Of a stretch of DNA of 64,000 nt, positions 30,085-39,559 are shown in pieces. Made by a program: the position numbers and the translations under genes. The stretch is from an uncultured Dehalococcoidaceae bacterium. Its GTDB lineage: Bacteria > Chloroflexota > Dehalococcoidia > Dehalococcoidales > RBG-16-60-22. The DNA is taken from contig CAYQZZ010000004.1 of assembly GCA_964422155.1 (NCBI GenBank), positions 1,749 to 65,748 on the forward strand. The letters are read 5' to 3'. The notes under the pieces were generated by a model that was not told the origin of the DNA, did no database searches, and saw nothing but the letters and a program-made list of their open reading frames with translations. How positions within the stretch are numbered: the stretch's first letter is position 1; each line of letters starts with the position of its first letter.

Positions 30085-31014
30085 ATGGTAGAAAAAACGA
30101 AGAAAAAATCGAGAGTTTTTGACTATTTTATCGAAAAAGAAGAACAGTACGCCGGTGGTCTGGCCTGGTGCTCCGGCTGCCCTCTGGAACTCACCTTGAG
30201 ATTTGTGCCCAAGGTTCTCGGGAAGGATATAGTCATTGTCGGTTGTCCCTGTTGCTCGGCGCCCATTCTTTACGGTCAGAACGTGGGGACATGGCACAAG
30301 ATGTCTTACTACAGCGCCCTGATGACCGGCGTTGCCTCCAGCGCCACGGGAATTTCAAGGTACTACCAAAAGATAGGCCAGGATGCTACCGTGGTCTGTT
30401 TCACCGGCGATGGCTGCGCTGCCGATGTTGGCTTCCAGCCCCTGAGTGGCGCCGCGGAAAGAAACGAAAAAATCTTATATATCTGCTATGATAACGAAGG
30501 CTACATGAATACCGGTGTTCAAAGAAGCAGCACCACGCCCCTTGGAGCCTCGACGACCACGACCCCCATCGGTAAAATGAGCCGGGGTAAACCGACCGGC
30601 TCCAAGAACCTGCCCATGGTGATGCTGATGCACCAGCCGGTGTACATGGCCACCGCCACACTGAGCCACCTCGAAGACTTTGCCAAGAAGCTCCAGAAGG
30701 CTAAAGAAAAGGCGAAAGAAGGGTTTGTCTATCTCCATATTTTTTGCCCCTGCCCGGTAGGCTGGCGCATTGATTCCAACATGTCCATCGAGGTATGCCG
30801 CACCGCCGTGAGGACCAACTACTTCCCGCTCTGGGAGGCGGAGGACGGTAAACCGAAAATTACAGTCGAGGTAGCCAGCCCGAAACCGGTTACGGAATTT
30901 ACTAAATTGATGCGGAAATTCTCGCATTTGAAAGAGGAAGGCCTGGCGGAACTGCAAAAACAGGTCGATGAGAGGTACGCCCTGCTTAAAAAACTGTGTG
31001 ATGCCAGTACGTAA
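30085..31014 (+). CDS. 2-oxoacid:ferredoxin oxidoreductase, beta (TPP-binding) subunit
   Basis: CSGCP..., GDGCAADVGF...YDNEGYMNTGVQRS TPP motif. Confidence 0.87.
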   Translation: MVEKTKKKSRVFDYFIEKEEQYAGGLAWCSGCPLELTLRFVPKVLGKDIVIVGCPCCSAPILYGQNVGTWHKMSYYSALMTGVASSATGISRYYQKIGQDATVVCFTGDGCAADVGFQPLSGAAERNEKILYICYDNEGYMNTGVQRSSTTPLGASTTTTPIGKMSRGKPTGSKNLPMVMLMHQPVYMATATLSHLEDFAKKLQKAKEKAKEGFVYLHIFCPCPVGWRIDSNMSIEVCRTAVRTNYFPLWEAEDGKPKITVEVASPKPVTEFTKLMRKFSHLKEEGLAELQKQVDERYALLKKLCDAST

Positions 31015-31076
31015 AAAATAAAAAATACCAGAGAATTGACTGTATAAAACATAACTTAGGAGGTGGATTGTAAATA

Positions 31077-33830
31077 ATGGTTACCCAAGCAAAAAGCAAG
31101 CCAGTAAAAGACAAACCGGTAAAAGGTCTATCGGTAAAAGGTAATCCGGAAATCTGGGACGACACCTGGGTGAAATCGACATGCGGAGGGTGCTACGGCC
31201 AGTGTACCATTCGCGCCCACCGGGTAAATGGGGTTATCGTGAAGATTGAGGGGGAGCCGGATAATGACTTCGGCGCCCGAGGCGGTCTCTGCGCCAAGGG
31301 CGAAGCGATGATACAGGCCCTTTACGACCCCAACCGCTTCAACTACCCCATGCGCCGGACTAATCCCAAGAAAGGTCTTTTCGAGGACCCCAAGTGGGAG
31401 AGGATTTCCTGGGATGAAGCCCTCGATGAGATAGCCAAGCGACTCAAGAAAATCCGCGCCGAAAATCCCAATAAACTTCTCCATGGCGGCACGCCGTCGG
31501 CGGGTAGCGGGCCTGATTTACCCCTGGGCTTCGGGGTCTTCGGGGCGGTGTTCGGCACCAAGAACTGGTACGTCGGCGGCGCCGGGCTGCACTGCGGGAG
31601 CGGCTCGCACATGGGCGCCGGACTCTATCATGCCTCATGGTCTATCGTGCCGGACTATAAGTACTGCAATTATGTTATCCAGATGGGCTCCAACAAAGGC
31701 ACCGGCTCCGGGCACTCCATGGGCTTCAACATGAGACTCTCGGCGGATGCCCGGGCGAGGGGTATGAAGAATGTGGTTTTCGACCCCATCTGCAACTTCG
31801 GCGGCGGAAAGGCAACCGAATGGGTACCCATCCTGCCTGGTACGGATGGTATCGTCGCCCTGACGATGGTCAATATCATTCTCAATGAACTGAATGTCTA
31901 TGACGCCGAATTTCTCAAGAAGAAGACCAACGGACCTTACCTCATCGGGCCGGACGAGCTCTATGTCCGTGATAAAGGGACTAATAAGCCTCTAATCTGG
32001 GATTCCGTGGATAAAAAAGCCAAGGTCTTTAACGACCCCACCATCAAGGACTATGCCCTGCTGGGGGAGTACACGGTCAACGGCGTCAAGTGCCACCCTT
32101 CCTTCCAGCTCGTGAAAGACAACGTGAAAAAATATACGCCGGAGGCGGCGGAGAAAGAGAGCACCGTGCCGGCGGCGACAGTGCGGCGTATCGCCAAGGA
32201 GTGGACTGACGCGGCGATGGTCGGCGCCACCATTGAAATCGAGGGAGAAAAGCTCCCCCTGCGGCCGGTAGCGGCCATCATGTTCCGCGGCGGCCAGGGC
32301 CATACCAACTCGGCGCAGAGCTACTGCGCCATGTGCCTGCTCAACGCCATCGTGGGCGCCATGGATGTCCCCGGTGGCACTCTCGGCTGGCCGGCCTACG
32401 TCGGCGGCTACCCGGAGACGGGTAGATTCAAGGTCATACCTTACCCCTGCAAGGACGGCATGCTGACGGCCGGGACCTTCATGGAGCATAAACCCTGGCC
32501 GGTAGAGGAATCCCAGGTACCCAATACTTTTCTCATGAAGGAGCTGGTGCCGACGGCATCGTTCTCTCCCCAGCCGGTAACATCGGACTTCGATAAATAC
32601 TGGGATAAGCTGGGGCGGCCTTACGAGATAGAAATGGCGATAATTTTCGGCGCCAACATGGTGCGCAGCACCCAGAACCGCGAAATAGCCGAAAATTTCT
32701 TTAAGAAGATACCGTTCATCGTATCCATTAATATACTACCCAACGAGTTCTGCGAGGGCTTTGCCGACATCGTCCTGCCCGACTGCCATCCGCTGGAGAC
32801 ATACTGCATCTTTGGGGCGCATGGTCCCTTCTTTAACCACCCCATCGGCATGGAAGGCTGGAGCTTCCCTATCAGGCAGCCGGTGGTCAAGCCTGCCTAC
32901 GAGCGGCGGAACAAGGTCGAAGCTCTCTGGGACCTTGCCGATAGAATCGGCATGAGAGAAGAGATGAATCAATACTACAATGTCTATTTCTCCAGCTTCG
33001 GCGGCGAAGCGCTGATAAGCGGCGATATAGCCAGTGTCAGGGACGTGAAACAAATAGACCCGAAAAAGGTAACCGTACTCATCAAGCCCGAGGAGAAGAT
33101 TTCATACCATGAGATGATGGACCGCGCCTTCAAGTTCTACTTCGGCGAAAAACACGGCCTGGAATATATCTCCGAGCACGGCAGCATCGATTGGCCCAAG
33201 AAAGTCAAAGAGGCGTACTGGAGATGGTACGTGGATGTCAGAGTACCAATCTACATGGAGCATATCGCCGAGCTCAGGCCGGAGATAATGGAAAATGCAA
33301 AGAAGGCGGGTGTGGAGCTTGAGTGGGAGCAGTTTACGCCGCTTATCAGCTACTTCACTCCCCAGGTATCCAAGGAGGAAACCAGCGAGTTCGACCTGTA
33401 CAGCTTCTCCTACCGTGATATCCTCCACAACGGCACCTATACCATGGAAATGCCCTGGCTGGACGAGGTCTCCAAGCTTAACCCGTACACTTATAACATC
33501 ACCATGAATGCGGACACCGCTAAAAAGAAGGGCTTAAAAGACGGCGACCTCATCTGCCTGGAGTCATCGTACGGACGCAAGGCAACGGGCACGCTGAAGA
33601 CGATGCAGGGGCAACATCCCAAGACGATAGCAATATCCGCGTGTTCCGGCGCCTGGGCGAAGGGAGCGCCTGTTGCCTACGGCAAGGGCACCAACTTTAA
33701 TATCCTGCTGGAATCGGACTTCAAGCACGCCTGCCCGGTGTGCTGGAGCCAGGAAACGGCGACCATGGTTAAGGTCTATAAAATCGACCATCGCATAGAG
33801 TACGATGGAGTAGGAGGCAAACCGCTATGA
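31077..33830 (+). CDS. Molybdopterin oxidoreductase catalytic subunit (DMSO reductase superfamily), no Tat signal
   Basis: 917 aa. N-terminal CGGCYGQCTIRAH...27 aa...CAKG FS0 cluster motif. The N-terminus MVTQAKSKPVKDKPVKG has no RR motif or hydrophobic core. Confidence 0.85.
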   Translation: MVTQAKSKPVKDKPVKGLSVKGNPEIWDDTWVKSTCGGCYGQCTIRAHRVNGVIVKIEGEPDNDFGARGGLCAKGEAMIQALYDPNRFNYPMRRTNPKKGLFEDPKWERISWDEALDEIAKRLKKIRAENPNKLLHGGTPSAGSGPDLPLGFGVFGAVFGTKNWYVGGAGLHCGSGSHMGAGLYHASWSIVPDYKYCNYVIQMGSNKGTGSGHSMGFNMRLSADARARGMKNVVFDPICNFGGGKATEWVPILPGTDGIVALTMVNIILNELNVYDAEFLKKKTNGPYLIGPDELYVRDKGTNKPLIWDSVDKKAKVFNDPTIKDYALLGEYTVNGVKCHPSFQLVKDNVKKYTPEAAEKESTVPAATVRRIAKEWTDAAMVGATIEIEGEKLPLRPVAAIMFRGGQGHTNSAQSYCAMCLLNAIVGAMDVPGGTLGWPAYVGGYPETGRFKVIPYPCKDGMLTAGTFMEHKPWPVEESQVPNTFLMKELVPTASFSPQPVTSDFDKYWDKLGRPYEIEMAIIFGANMVRSTQNREIAENFFKKIPFIVSINILPNEFCEGFADIVLPDCHPLETYCIFGAHGPFFNHPIGMEGWSFPIRQPVVKPAYERRNKVEALWDLADRIGMREEMNQYYNVYFSSFGGEALISGDIASVRDVKQIDPKKVTVLIKPEEKISYHEMMDRAFKFYFGEKHGLEYISEHGSIDWPKKVKEAYWRWYVDVRVPIYMEHIAELRPEIMENAKKAGVELEWEQFTPLISYFTPQVSKEETSEFDLYSFSYRDILHNGTYTMEMPWLDEVSKLNPYTYNITMNADTAKKKGLKDGDLICLESSYGRKATGTLKTMQGQHPKTIAISACSGAWAKGAPVAYGKGTNFNILLESDFKHACPVCWSQETATMVKVYKIDHRIEYDGVGGKPL

Positions 33831-34474
33831 GATGGGGAATGGCTATCGAACTGAAGAGATGCATCGGCTGTTATGCCTGCGTGCTGGCCTGTAAGGCCGA
33901 GCACTTCCTCCCGCCCCAGATTTTCTGGAACAGGGTGCTGATAGGCGAGAAGGGAAAATATCCCTCGGTAAGTAAGCTCATATATTCGGTACGCTGCAAT
34001 CATTGCGCCGAACCGAAGTGTGTGAAAGTCTGTCCTACCGGGGCTACGGAGCAGCGGGAAGACGGCATTGTCTGGGTCGATGAAACAAAGTGCGTGGGCT
34101 GCCGGTACTGCATGGTCGCCTGTCCTTATCAGATGCGCTCAATGTATGAAGACGGAGATACGCAATACTTCCCCGGACAGGAATTGACCGAGCATGAAAA
34201 GATAGGGAAGACGCTCTATCCGCATCAGCCGGGCGTGGTTCAGAAGTGTGTCTTCTGCAAGGAGAGGATAGATTCCGGCATATCGCTGGGGTTAAAACCG
34301 GGCGTCGACCGCGATGCAACCCCGGCCTGTGTTATCATCTGCCCGACGAAAGCTATACACTTCGGCGACCTGGATGACCCGAATAGCGAGATTAACCGGA
34401 TAATCAAAGAAAAGCACGGCCATGCGTTCCATCCCGAGTTTGACACGGAGCCGTCAATCTCTTACATTGACTGA
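33827..34474 (+). CDS. Four-cluster [4Fe-4S] electron-transfer subunit (DmsB/PsrB/NrfC-like)
   Basis: Four Cys groups (CIGCYACVLAC, CNHCAEPKCVKVCP, CVGCRYCMVACP, CVFC...CVIICP). ATGA overlap with the upstream gene. Confidence 0.87.
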   Translation: MRWGMAIELKRCIGCYACVLACKAEHFLPPQIFWNRVLIGEKGKYPSVSKLIYSVRCNHCAEPKCVKVCPTGATEQREDGIVWVDETKCVGCRYCMVACPYQMRSMYEDGDTQYFPGQELTEHEKIGKTLYPHQPGVVQKCVFCKERIDSGISLGLKPGVDRDATPACVIICPTKAIHFGDLDDPNSEINRIIKEKHGHAFHPEFDTEPSISYID

Positions 34475-34500
34475 AAAAGAAGAAGGGGAGGCATAACAAA

Positions 34501-35382
34501 ATGAGTAATATAAAACCATATGATTTTATGGTAAAAGCCCAGCAACAGAAAGACTGGATAGATGGAAGGGGCAACTTTATCGCCTTCGCCTTTTTCCTGG
34601 GAGGTATCAGCGGCGGTCTGTATCTGGCCTCCGCTTACTTCGATAACCTGACGGGCATGTTCGTGGCCTGGCTGCTCTCCCTGCTCATGGGTATATCCTA
34701 CATGATACACCTGAGCCATCCATTCCGGTTCTGGCGTATGTTCATGAAGCCGAAGACATCTTGGATAGCGCGGGGCTTCATCTTCATCATGCTGTTCATC
34801 GGTTTTACCTTTATACAGCTTATCCTGTCTCAATGGTTCGCGGAACAAACGGCATTGGTAACTACTTTCAAAGTGTTGGCCGGCATATTCGCCTTTGCCC
34901 AGTCAATCTATACCGGCTTCGCCGTCAGCTATGTCAGCGCTATCAAAGTGTGGAATTCGGCGATTGTGCCGGTCCTTTTCGTCACCTGCGGTCTCACCGG
35001 CGGCCTGGCCATCCTCCTGGCTATCTTTATAGCTGGCGACAGTACACAAATCGCAGCGCTGGAGAATATCATCCGTGTCGTACTGATAGCTCTGGCTATT
35101 ATCATCGGAGTTTATCTGTGGAACACCACCTACAGCAGCGCTGCAGCCAGAGATGCCGTCAAGAGGCTCATCGGGGGCAGTCTGGCACCGCTCTTCTGGG
35201 TAGGGGTTTTTCTGTTCGGCATAGTCATACCGATAGCTATATCTATTACCACCTATTATGCCGAGGAGGCTTCCTCCGGAGTACTGATTACAGCCGTGGT
35301 AAGCGAAATAATTGGCGGTCTGGCATTGAGATTCGCCATACTGAAAGCGGGCGTTTATACACCTCTTTTACCCGCTGATTAG
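34501..35382 (+). CDS. NrfD/PsrC/DmsC-like integral membrane anchor
   Basis: 293 aa, about 8 hydrophobic helices, GGAGG upstream. Confidence 0.8.
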   Translation: MSNIKPYDFMVKAQQQKDWIDGRGNFIAFAFFLGGISGGLYLASAYFDNLTGMFVAWLLSLLMGISYMIHLSHPFRFWRMFMKPKTSWIARGFIFIMLFIGFTFIQLILSQWFAEQTALVTTFKVLAGIFAFAQSIYTGFAVSYVSAIKVWNSAIVPVLFVTCGLTGGLAILLAIFIAGDSTQIAALENIIRVVLIALAIIIGVYLWNTTYSSAAARDAVKRLIGGSLAPLFWVGVFLFGIVIPIAISITTYYAEEASSGVLITAVVSEIIGGLALRFAILKAGVYTPLLPAD

Positions 35383-35469
35383 CCAGTTAAAACCTGACGA
35401 TAAGGTACCGAAAAATTGGGGACCATCGTGGCGGAAATCTACCGCCCGGTGGTCTCCTTGTTTTTTTCT

Positions 35470-35569
35470 GTCATTCCAGCGAAGGCTGGAATCCAGGGGA
35501 GAAGGGGTGGTCTGGATTCTCTGGTCAAGCCTTCAGGCTGAAGCGTTCAGGCTGAAGCCAGAGAATGAC
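35470..35569 (+). repeat. Family-P element, copy P3 (gtcattccagcgaaggctggaatcc...ggtcaagccttcaggctgaag...gagaatgac)
   Basis: Shares head, tail and the gccttcaggctgaa duplication with 41785..41915. Confidence 0.7.
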
Positions 35570-35716
35570 ACTATAAAATATTCTCTTTGTTTTGGAATTC
35601 GCTTTGCTTGTTGGGGTATAATTGTTTCAAAGCCTGTCAGGGGGGTGGATATGCCGCACTAGACTGAAGAACTGTTTGAGGAACATCCAGATTTATTTCA
35701 AGGTTTATTCGAGGCT

Positions 35717-35745
35717 TTGACACACACGACGAGAAGTTATAGAAT
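35717..35745 (+). promoter_or_regulatory. Sigma70-like promoter upstream of the DUF3237 gene
   Basis: TTGACA, 17-nt spacer, TAGAAT. A leader of about 110 nt follows. Confidence 0.45.
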
Positions 35746-35859
35746 CGAGCTTCAGCCCCAAATTGAGAGCTACAGGGAGGTGGCAACTATGCATGATGAA
35801 AAAACGGCTTTTCGTCGTCATTAGATCACATCCGACATAAAACATGTAAGGAGGAGACA

Positions 35860-36324
35860 ATGGCAGACATTAAGACAGAATTCTTATTTGACCTTAAAGC
35901 TGATCTGGATATGCCCGGAGCAATCAGAATGGGGACAACACCGCATGGCACGAGGACAATTGTTTACGTTACCGGTGGGACCATCGAAGGGCCGAAGATT
36001 AAGGCTACTGTGCTTCCGGGAGGCGGCGATTGGTTGCTGGGTCGGCCAGATGGAACGAATGTGATGGACGTGAGGGCGGTGGCTCGTACAGACGATGGCC
36101 AGATTATCTACACTTATTATCGCGGCTATCTTAATATTCGACCGGAGGTTCTACAGCGGATATACAAAGGTGAGAAAGTCGACCCATCGGAGTATTACTT
36201 CCGCACTACTCCTGTATTTGAGACCGCCTCCGATAAATACGCCTGGTTAAACAAGGTCGTTATGGTAGGTATCGGCACGCTGTCGGCAACAGGGGTCGCC
36301 TATCGAGTCTACTCCATCCTGTAA
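35860..36324 (+). CDS. DUF3237 (UPF0311) family protein
   Basis: GTTPHGTRTIVYVTGGTIEGPKIKATVLPGGGDWLL...DVRAVARTDDG pattern. Confidence 0.72.
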   Translation: MADIKTEFLFDLKADLDMPGAIRMGTTPHGTRTIVYVTGGTIEGPKIKATVLPGGGDWLLGRPDGTNVMDVRAVARTDDGQIIYTYYRGYLNIRPEVLQRIYKGEKVDPSEYYFRTTPVFETASDKYAWLNKVVMVGIGTLSATGVAYRVYSIL

Positions 36325-36639
36325 TGAGTTCATCGCGAGTACTTGATCGGGAGGTGTAGATAAGGTTATCCCCATGTATTAGAGCACTCCAGCTTCGAAA
36401 TGCATGGGCATAACGGGTCCAGAACTGTGGGTTACCGGGCTCTTTAACCGCAAATCCAAGATGAAGTATTTTAATTAAGGCCGGCTAGACACCGTTCTTT
36501 CCGCATAACAAAATAGCGAAAAGTTCAATCTCCGTCCGTTATGATTCGCTAGTCAAGATTTACTGGACAGTTCCCGAACTCTTTTTTTACGTTTTACCGC
36601 CTATTTTGAGTCTAAAAGGTAGGATGTTATTGCGACTAT

Positions 36640-36745
36640 GCCCTTGAGGGGGCGCAGCCCCCTCTCAGACTCTCCCCCCTCTCCTACCAGATTAGGATTG
36701 ACTCTTGCTGGCGAGTTGGTAGGAGAGGGGGACAAAAGGGGGTGA
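36640..36745. repeat. GC-rich hairpin repeat (gaggggg-cgcag-ccccctc; cccctctcctacca...tggtaggagagggg)
   Basis: 14-bp inverted repeat plus a 7-bp hairpin. Related to the block at 561..732. Confidence 0.5.
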
Positions 36746-36813
36746 GGTATGCATATTTTGAAGATGGTGTAAAAATTCCAAATATTCTCGTATAATTACC
36801 TCGGGAGGGGAAA

Positions 36814-37710
36814 ATGTCCCCTGAGGTTGTTATCTATATCGGCACATCAGGTTGGTCTTACCCGAAAGGGGAAGGCACATGGAAGGGCTATTTCTACCCC
36901 GCCGGTAAGATAAACGAGCTTGAGTATTACAGCCAGTTCTTCAATACCGTGGAGATTAACAGCTCCTTCTATCGGCCGCCCGACCCCGGGTTTGTGTACA
37001 ACTGGGCGCGCCGTGTGCCGCCGGGATTCCTGTTCGCGGTCAAGCTCTGGCAAAAGTTCACCCACCCCAAAATGTATAAAGAAGCTACCGGCGAAGAGGC
37101 GGTCGTAGCTCAGAGCGATGTCGATAGATTTAAAAAAAGCCTGGAACCCCTGGTGAAATACGGCAAACTCGGCGCGCTGCTGGCGCAGTTCCCGCCCAGC
37201 TTTAAAAATGACGACTACGGACAGCAGATACTCGGGGCGGTGGCTAAAGCGTTCGGGGAGTATAAACTGGCCGTGGAGTTAAGGCACCGCAGCTGGAGCG
37301 ATGATGACGGCACCGCCCGGTTTCTCCGTGAACGTAATATGGCCTGGGTACAGATTGACGAGCCCAAATTCAGTACTTCGGTGGCGGCGGAGGTGCCTGT
37401 GACGTCTGATATGGCCTATTTCCGCTTTCACGGCAGGAACGCCAAGGACTGGTGGACGGGCGATAGTGAAACCCGTTACAGGTATCTCTATTCTCCTGAG
37501 GAAATCGCCGGACTGGCGGACAGGGTTAGAGCCGCCGGAGAAAAAGCCCGGATACTCTTTGCCTTCTTCAATAATCACTGGCAGGCATATGCGCCCCGCA
37601 ACGCTAACGACCTGAAGCGGGCTTTACAGCTGCCGTTCCAGGAGATACCCATGAACCTTGAAACGGCGCAGGATGAACACGATACTGAGAGTAAAGAGGG
37701 AGCGAGGTAG
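36814..37710 (+). CDS. DUF72 family protein
   Basis: YIGTSGWSYPKGEGTWKGYFYP..., FNTVEINSSFYRPP, FRFHGRN motifs. Confidence 0.85.
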   Translation: MSPEVVIYIGTSGWSYPKGEGTWKGYFYPAGKINELEYYSQFFNTVEINSSFYRPPDPGFVYNWARRVPPGFLFAVKLWQKFTHPKMYKEATGEEAVVAQSDVDRFKKSLEPLVKYGKLGALLAQFPPSFKNDDYGQQILGAVAKAFGEYKLAVELRHRSWSDDDGTARFLRERNMAWVQIDEPKFSTSVAAEVPVTSDMAYFRFHGRNAKDWWTGDSETRYRYLYSPEEIAGLADRVRAAGEKARILFAFFNNHWQAYAPRNANDLKRALQLPFQEIPMNLETAQDEHDTESKEGAR

Positions 37711-37713
37711 GAA

Positions 37714-39468
37714 GTGCTGGATGAACTGACGGTAAAAGGATTCGGCATCATTGAGGAGATAAACTGGAAGCCGACCGAAGGATTGAACGTAATTACCGGA
37801 GAGACCGGCGCTGGCAAGTCGCTCGTCGTCGATGCCGTCGAAGCCCTGCTGTCCGGCCAGGCGCACGAAGAGGATATCCGTCACGGCTCTGATGAAGCTC
37901 AGGTTGAAGGGATATTCCGTGCTGTTGATAAAGAAGGGAACAAACCGCTGCGGGAGTTGCTAACGGAGAAGGGACTGGAAGCTGATGATGACACTATCCT
38001 CCTCACCTGCGATTTTCGCCGGCAGGGTCGTACCACGCCGAGGGTAAATCGGCAGGCGGTATCGAGGGCGTTGCTGCGGGGTATCGGCGCGGCCCTGGTT
38101 GATATCCACGGTCAGAGCGAGCATCTTTCCCTGCTGAACAAGAGCCATCACCTGGATTACCTTGATGCCTACGCGCATACCCTGGAGAGAAGGCATGCTT
38201 TCAGCGTCAAAGCCTTGGAGCTGCATCAGGTGGAGCGTGAAATCCAGGCATTATCCCGGGACGAACGGGAGCTATCCCGGCATATGGAGTTGCTCAATTT
38301 CCAGATTGATGAAATCAAAAGGGCGGAATTGCAGGAGGGAGAAGAAGAATCACTGGGAAAAGAACTCGCCCTCCTGACCTCCGCGGAAAAGCTGAAGGCG
38401 GCTTCCTATGAAATTTACCGGATAATCTACGGCGATGATAGCGAGCTCGCCTCGTCTTCGGTGGTGGATAAAGCCAGTGAAGCCCTCCCGCTGATGAAAC
38501 AGATGGTCGAAACCGACTCCTCCCTGCAGACGAAGATGGGCTATCTGGAGGAGATGATACATGGACTTGAAGAGCTGGCGCGTGAAGTCCATTCGTACGG
38601 TGATAATCTTAACTATGACCCGCAGCGCCTCGAGGAGGTTCAAAACAGGCTCGAACTCATCAGGAGTTTGAAGAGGAAATACGGCGGTTCCGCTGGCGAG
38701 GTGTTGAATTACCTCGCTAAAGCGGAGCGGGAACTGGAGGGGCTCACCAATTCCGGGGAGCGGCGCGAGCAGCTGGAAGCTAAGAGAGGGCAATTAAAAA
38801 AGGAGATGGGTGCCCTTGCCTCGAGACTTTCACAGGAAAGAACCCGGGCCGCGCAAAAACTGGCTGCGGTGGTGAAAAAAGAGCTTGGCGAACTGAGTAT
38901 GGCGCGGGTAGAATTCTCTATATCAGTCACGCAGGAGCTATCTCCGGAAGGAATTCCATTCCCCGATGGAAAGTGTTACAAGTTTGGTGCCAGCGGTGTC
39001 GACGATGTGGTTTTTATGGCTTCGACAAATCCGGGTGAGCCTGCCAAGGCACTGGACAAAATTGCCTCCACCGGTGAGATATCGCGTTTTATGCTGGCGT
39101 TGAAGAGCGCCCTCGCGGAAGCGGATACGATTCCGGTGCTCATCTTCGATGAAATCGATATCGGTATCGGGGGGCGGAGCGGCGAGGTCATCGGCAGGAA
39201 GCTGTGGAAACTTTCGCGGCACCACCAGGTAATTTGCGTGACCCACCTGCCGCAGATTGCTGCCTTCGCCGATGCCCAGTACCGCGTCAGTAAACAGAGC
39301 ACCGGCGACCGGACGGTAAGCACCATTGAAGCCCTTCAGGGAGAAGCGCGTTTCAAAGAGTTGGCGGTGATGATTGGCGGCCCTCGCTACACGGCGAATG
39401 CGCTTAATGCCGCCAGGGAGCTCATCGAGAGAGCGGAGACCTGGAAGAAGAACCTGGCCAAAGACTAG
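37714..39468 (+). CDS. recN: DNA repair protein RecN
   Basis: 584 aa, Walker A GETGAGKS, long coiled coil, C-terminal FDEIDIGIGG signature/Walker B. Confidence 0.93.
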   Translation: MLDELTVKGFGIIEEINWKPTEGLNVITGETGAGKSLVVDAVEALLSGQAHEEDIRHGSDEAQVEGIFRAVDKEGNKPLRELLTEKGLEADDDTILLTCDFRRQGRTTPRVNRQAVSRALLRGIGAALVDIHGQSEHLSLLNKSHHLDYLDAYAHTLERRHAFSVKALELHQVEREIQALSRDERELSRHMELLNFQIDEIKRAELQEGEEESLGKELALLTSAEKLKAASYEIYRIIYGDDSELASSSVVDKASEALPLMKQMVETDSSLQTKMGYLEEMIHGLEELAREVHSYGDNLNYDPQRLEEVQNRLELIRSLKRKYGGSAGEVLNYLAKAERELEGLTNSGERREQLEAKRGQLKKEMGALASRLSQERTRAAQKLAAVVKKELGELSMARVEFSISVTQELSPEGIPFPDGKCYKFGASGVDDVVFMASTNPGEPAKALDKIASTGEISRFMLALKSALAEADTIPVLIFDEIDIGIGGRSGEVIGRKLWKLSRHHQVICVTHLPQIAAFADAQYRVSKQSTGDRTVSTIEALQGEARFKELAVMIGGPRYTANALNAARELIERAETWKKNLAKD

Positions 39469-39518
39469 GGCGCATGGATGTTAACTTACATAACGGTTCC
39501 GGACCACGCGCCCTTTTT
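39468..39518 (+). terminator. Candidate intrinsic terminator after recN
   Basis: gggcgcatgg ... ccacgcgccc stem (9 of 10 bp) followed by TTTTT. Confidence 0.45.
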
Positions 39519-39559
39519 AAGAATTTCTACCTGTTTACAGTGACGAGAGCAGGCAATAA

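Noticed and set aside
34761-35378. A 205-aa plus-strand ORF overlapping the NrfD-like gene in another frame.
   Set aside because: Its translation is Arg/His/Ser-rich and low-complexity. The overlapping frame encodes a coherent 8-helix membrane protein with its own RBS.
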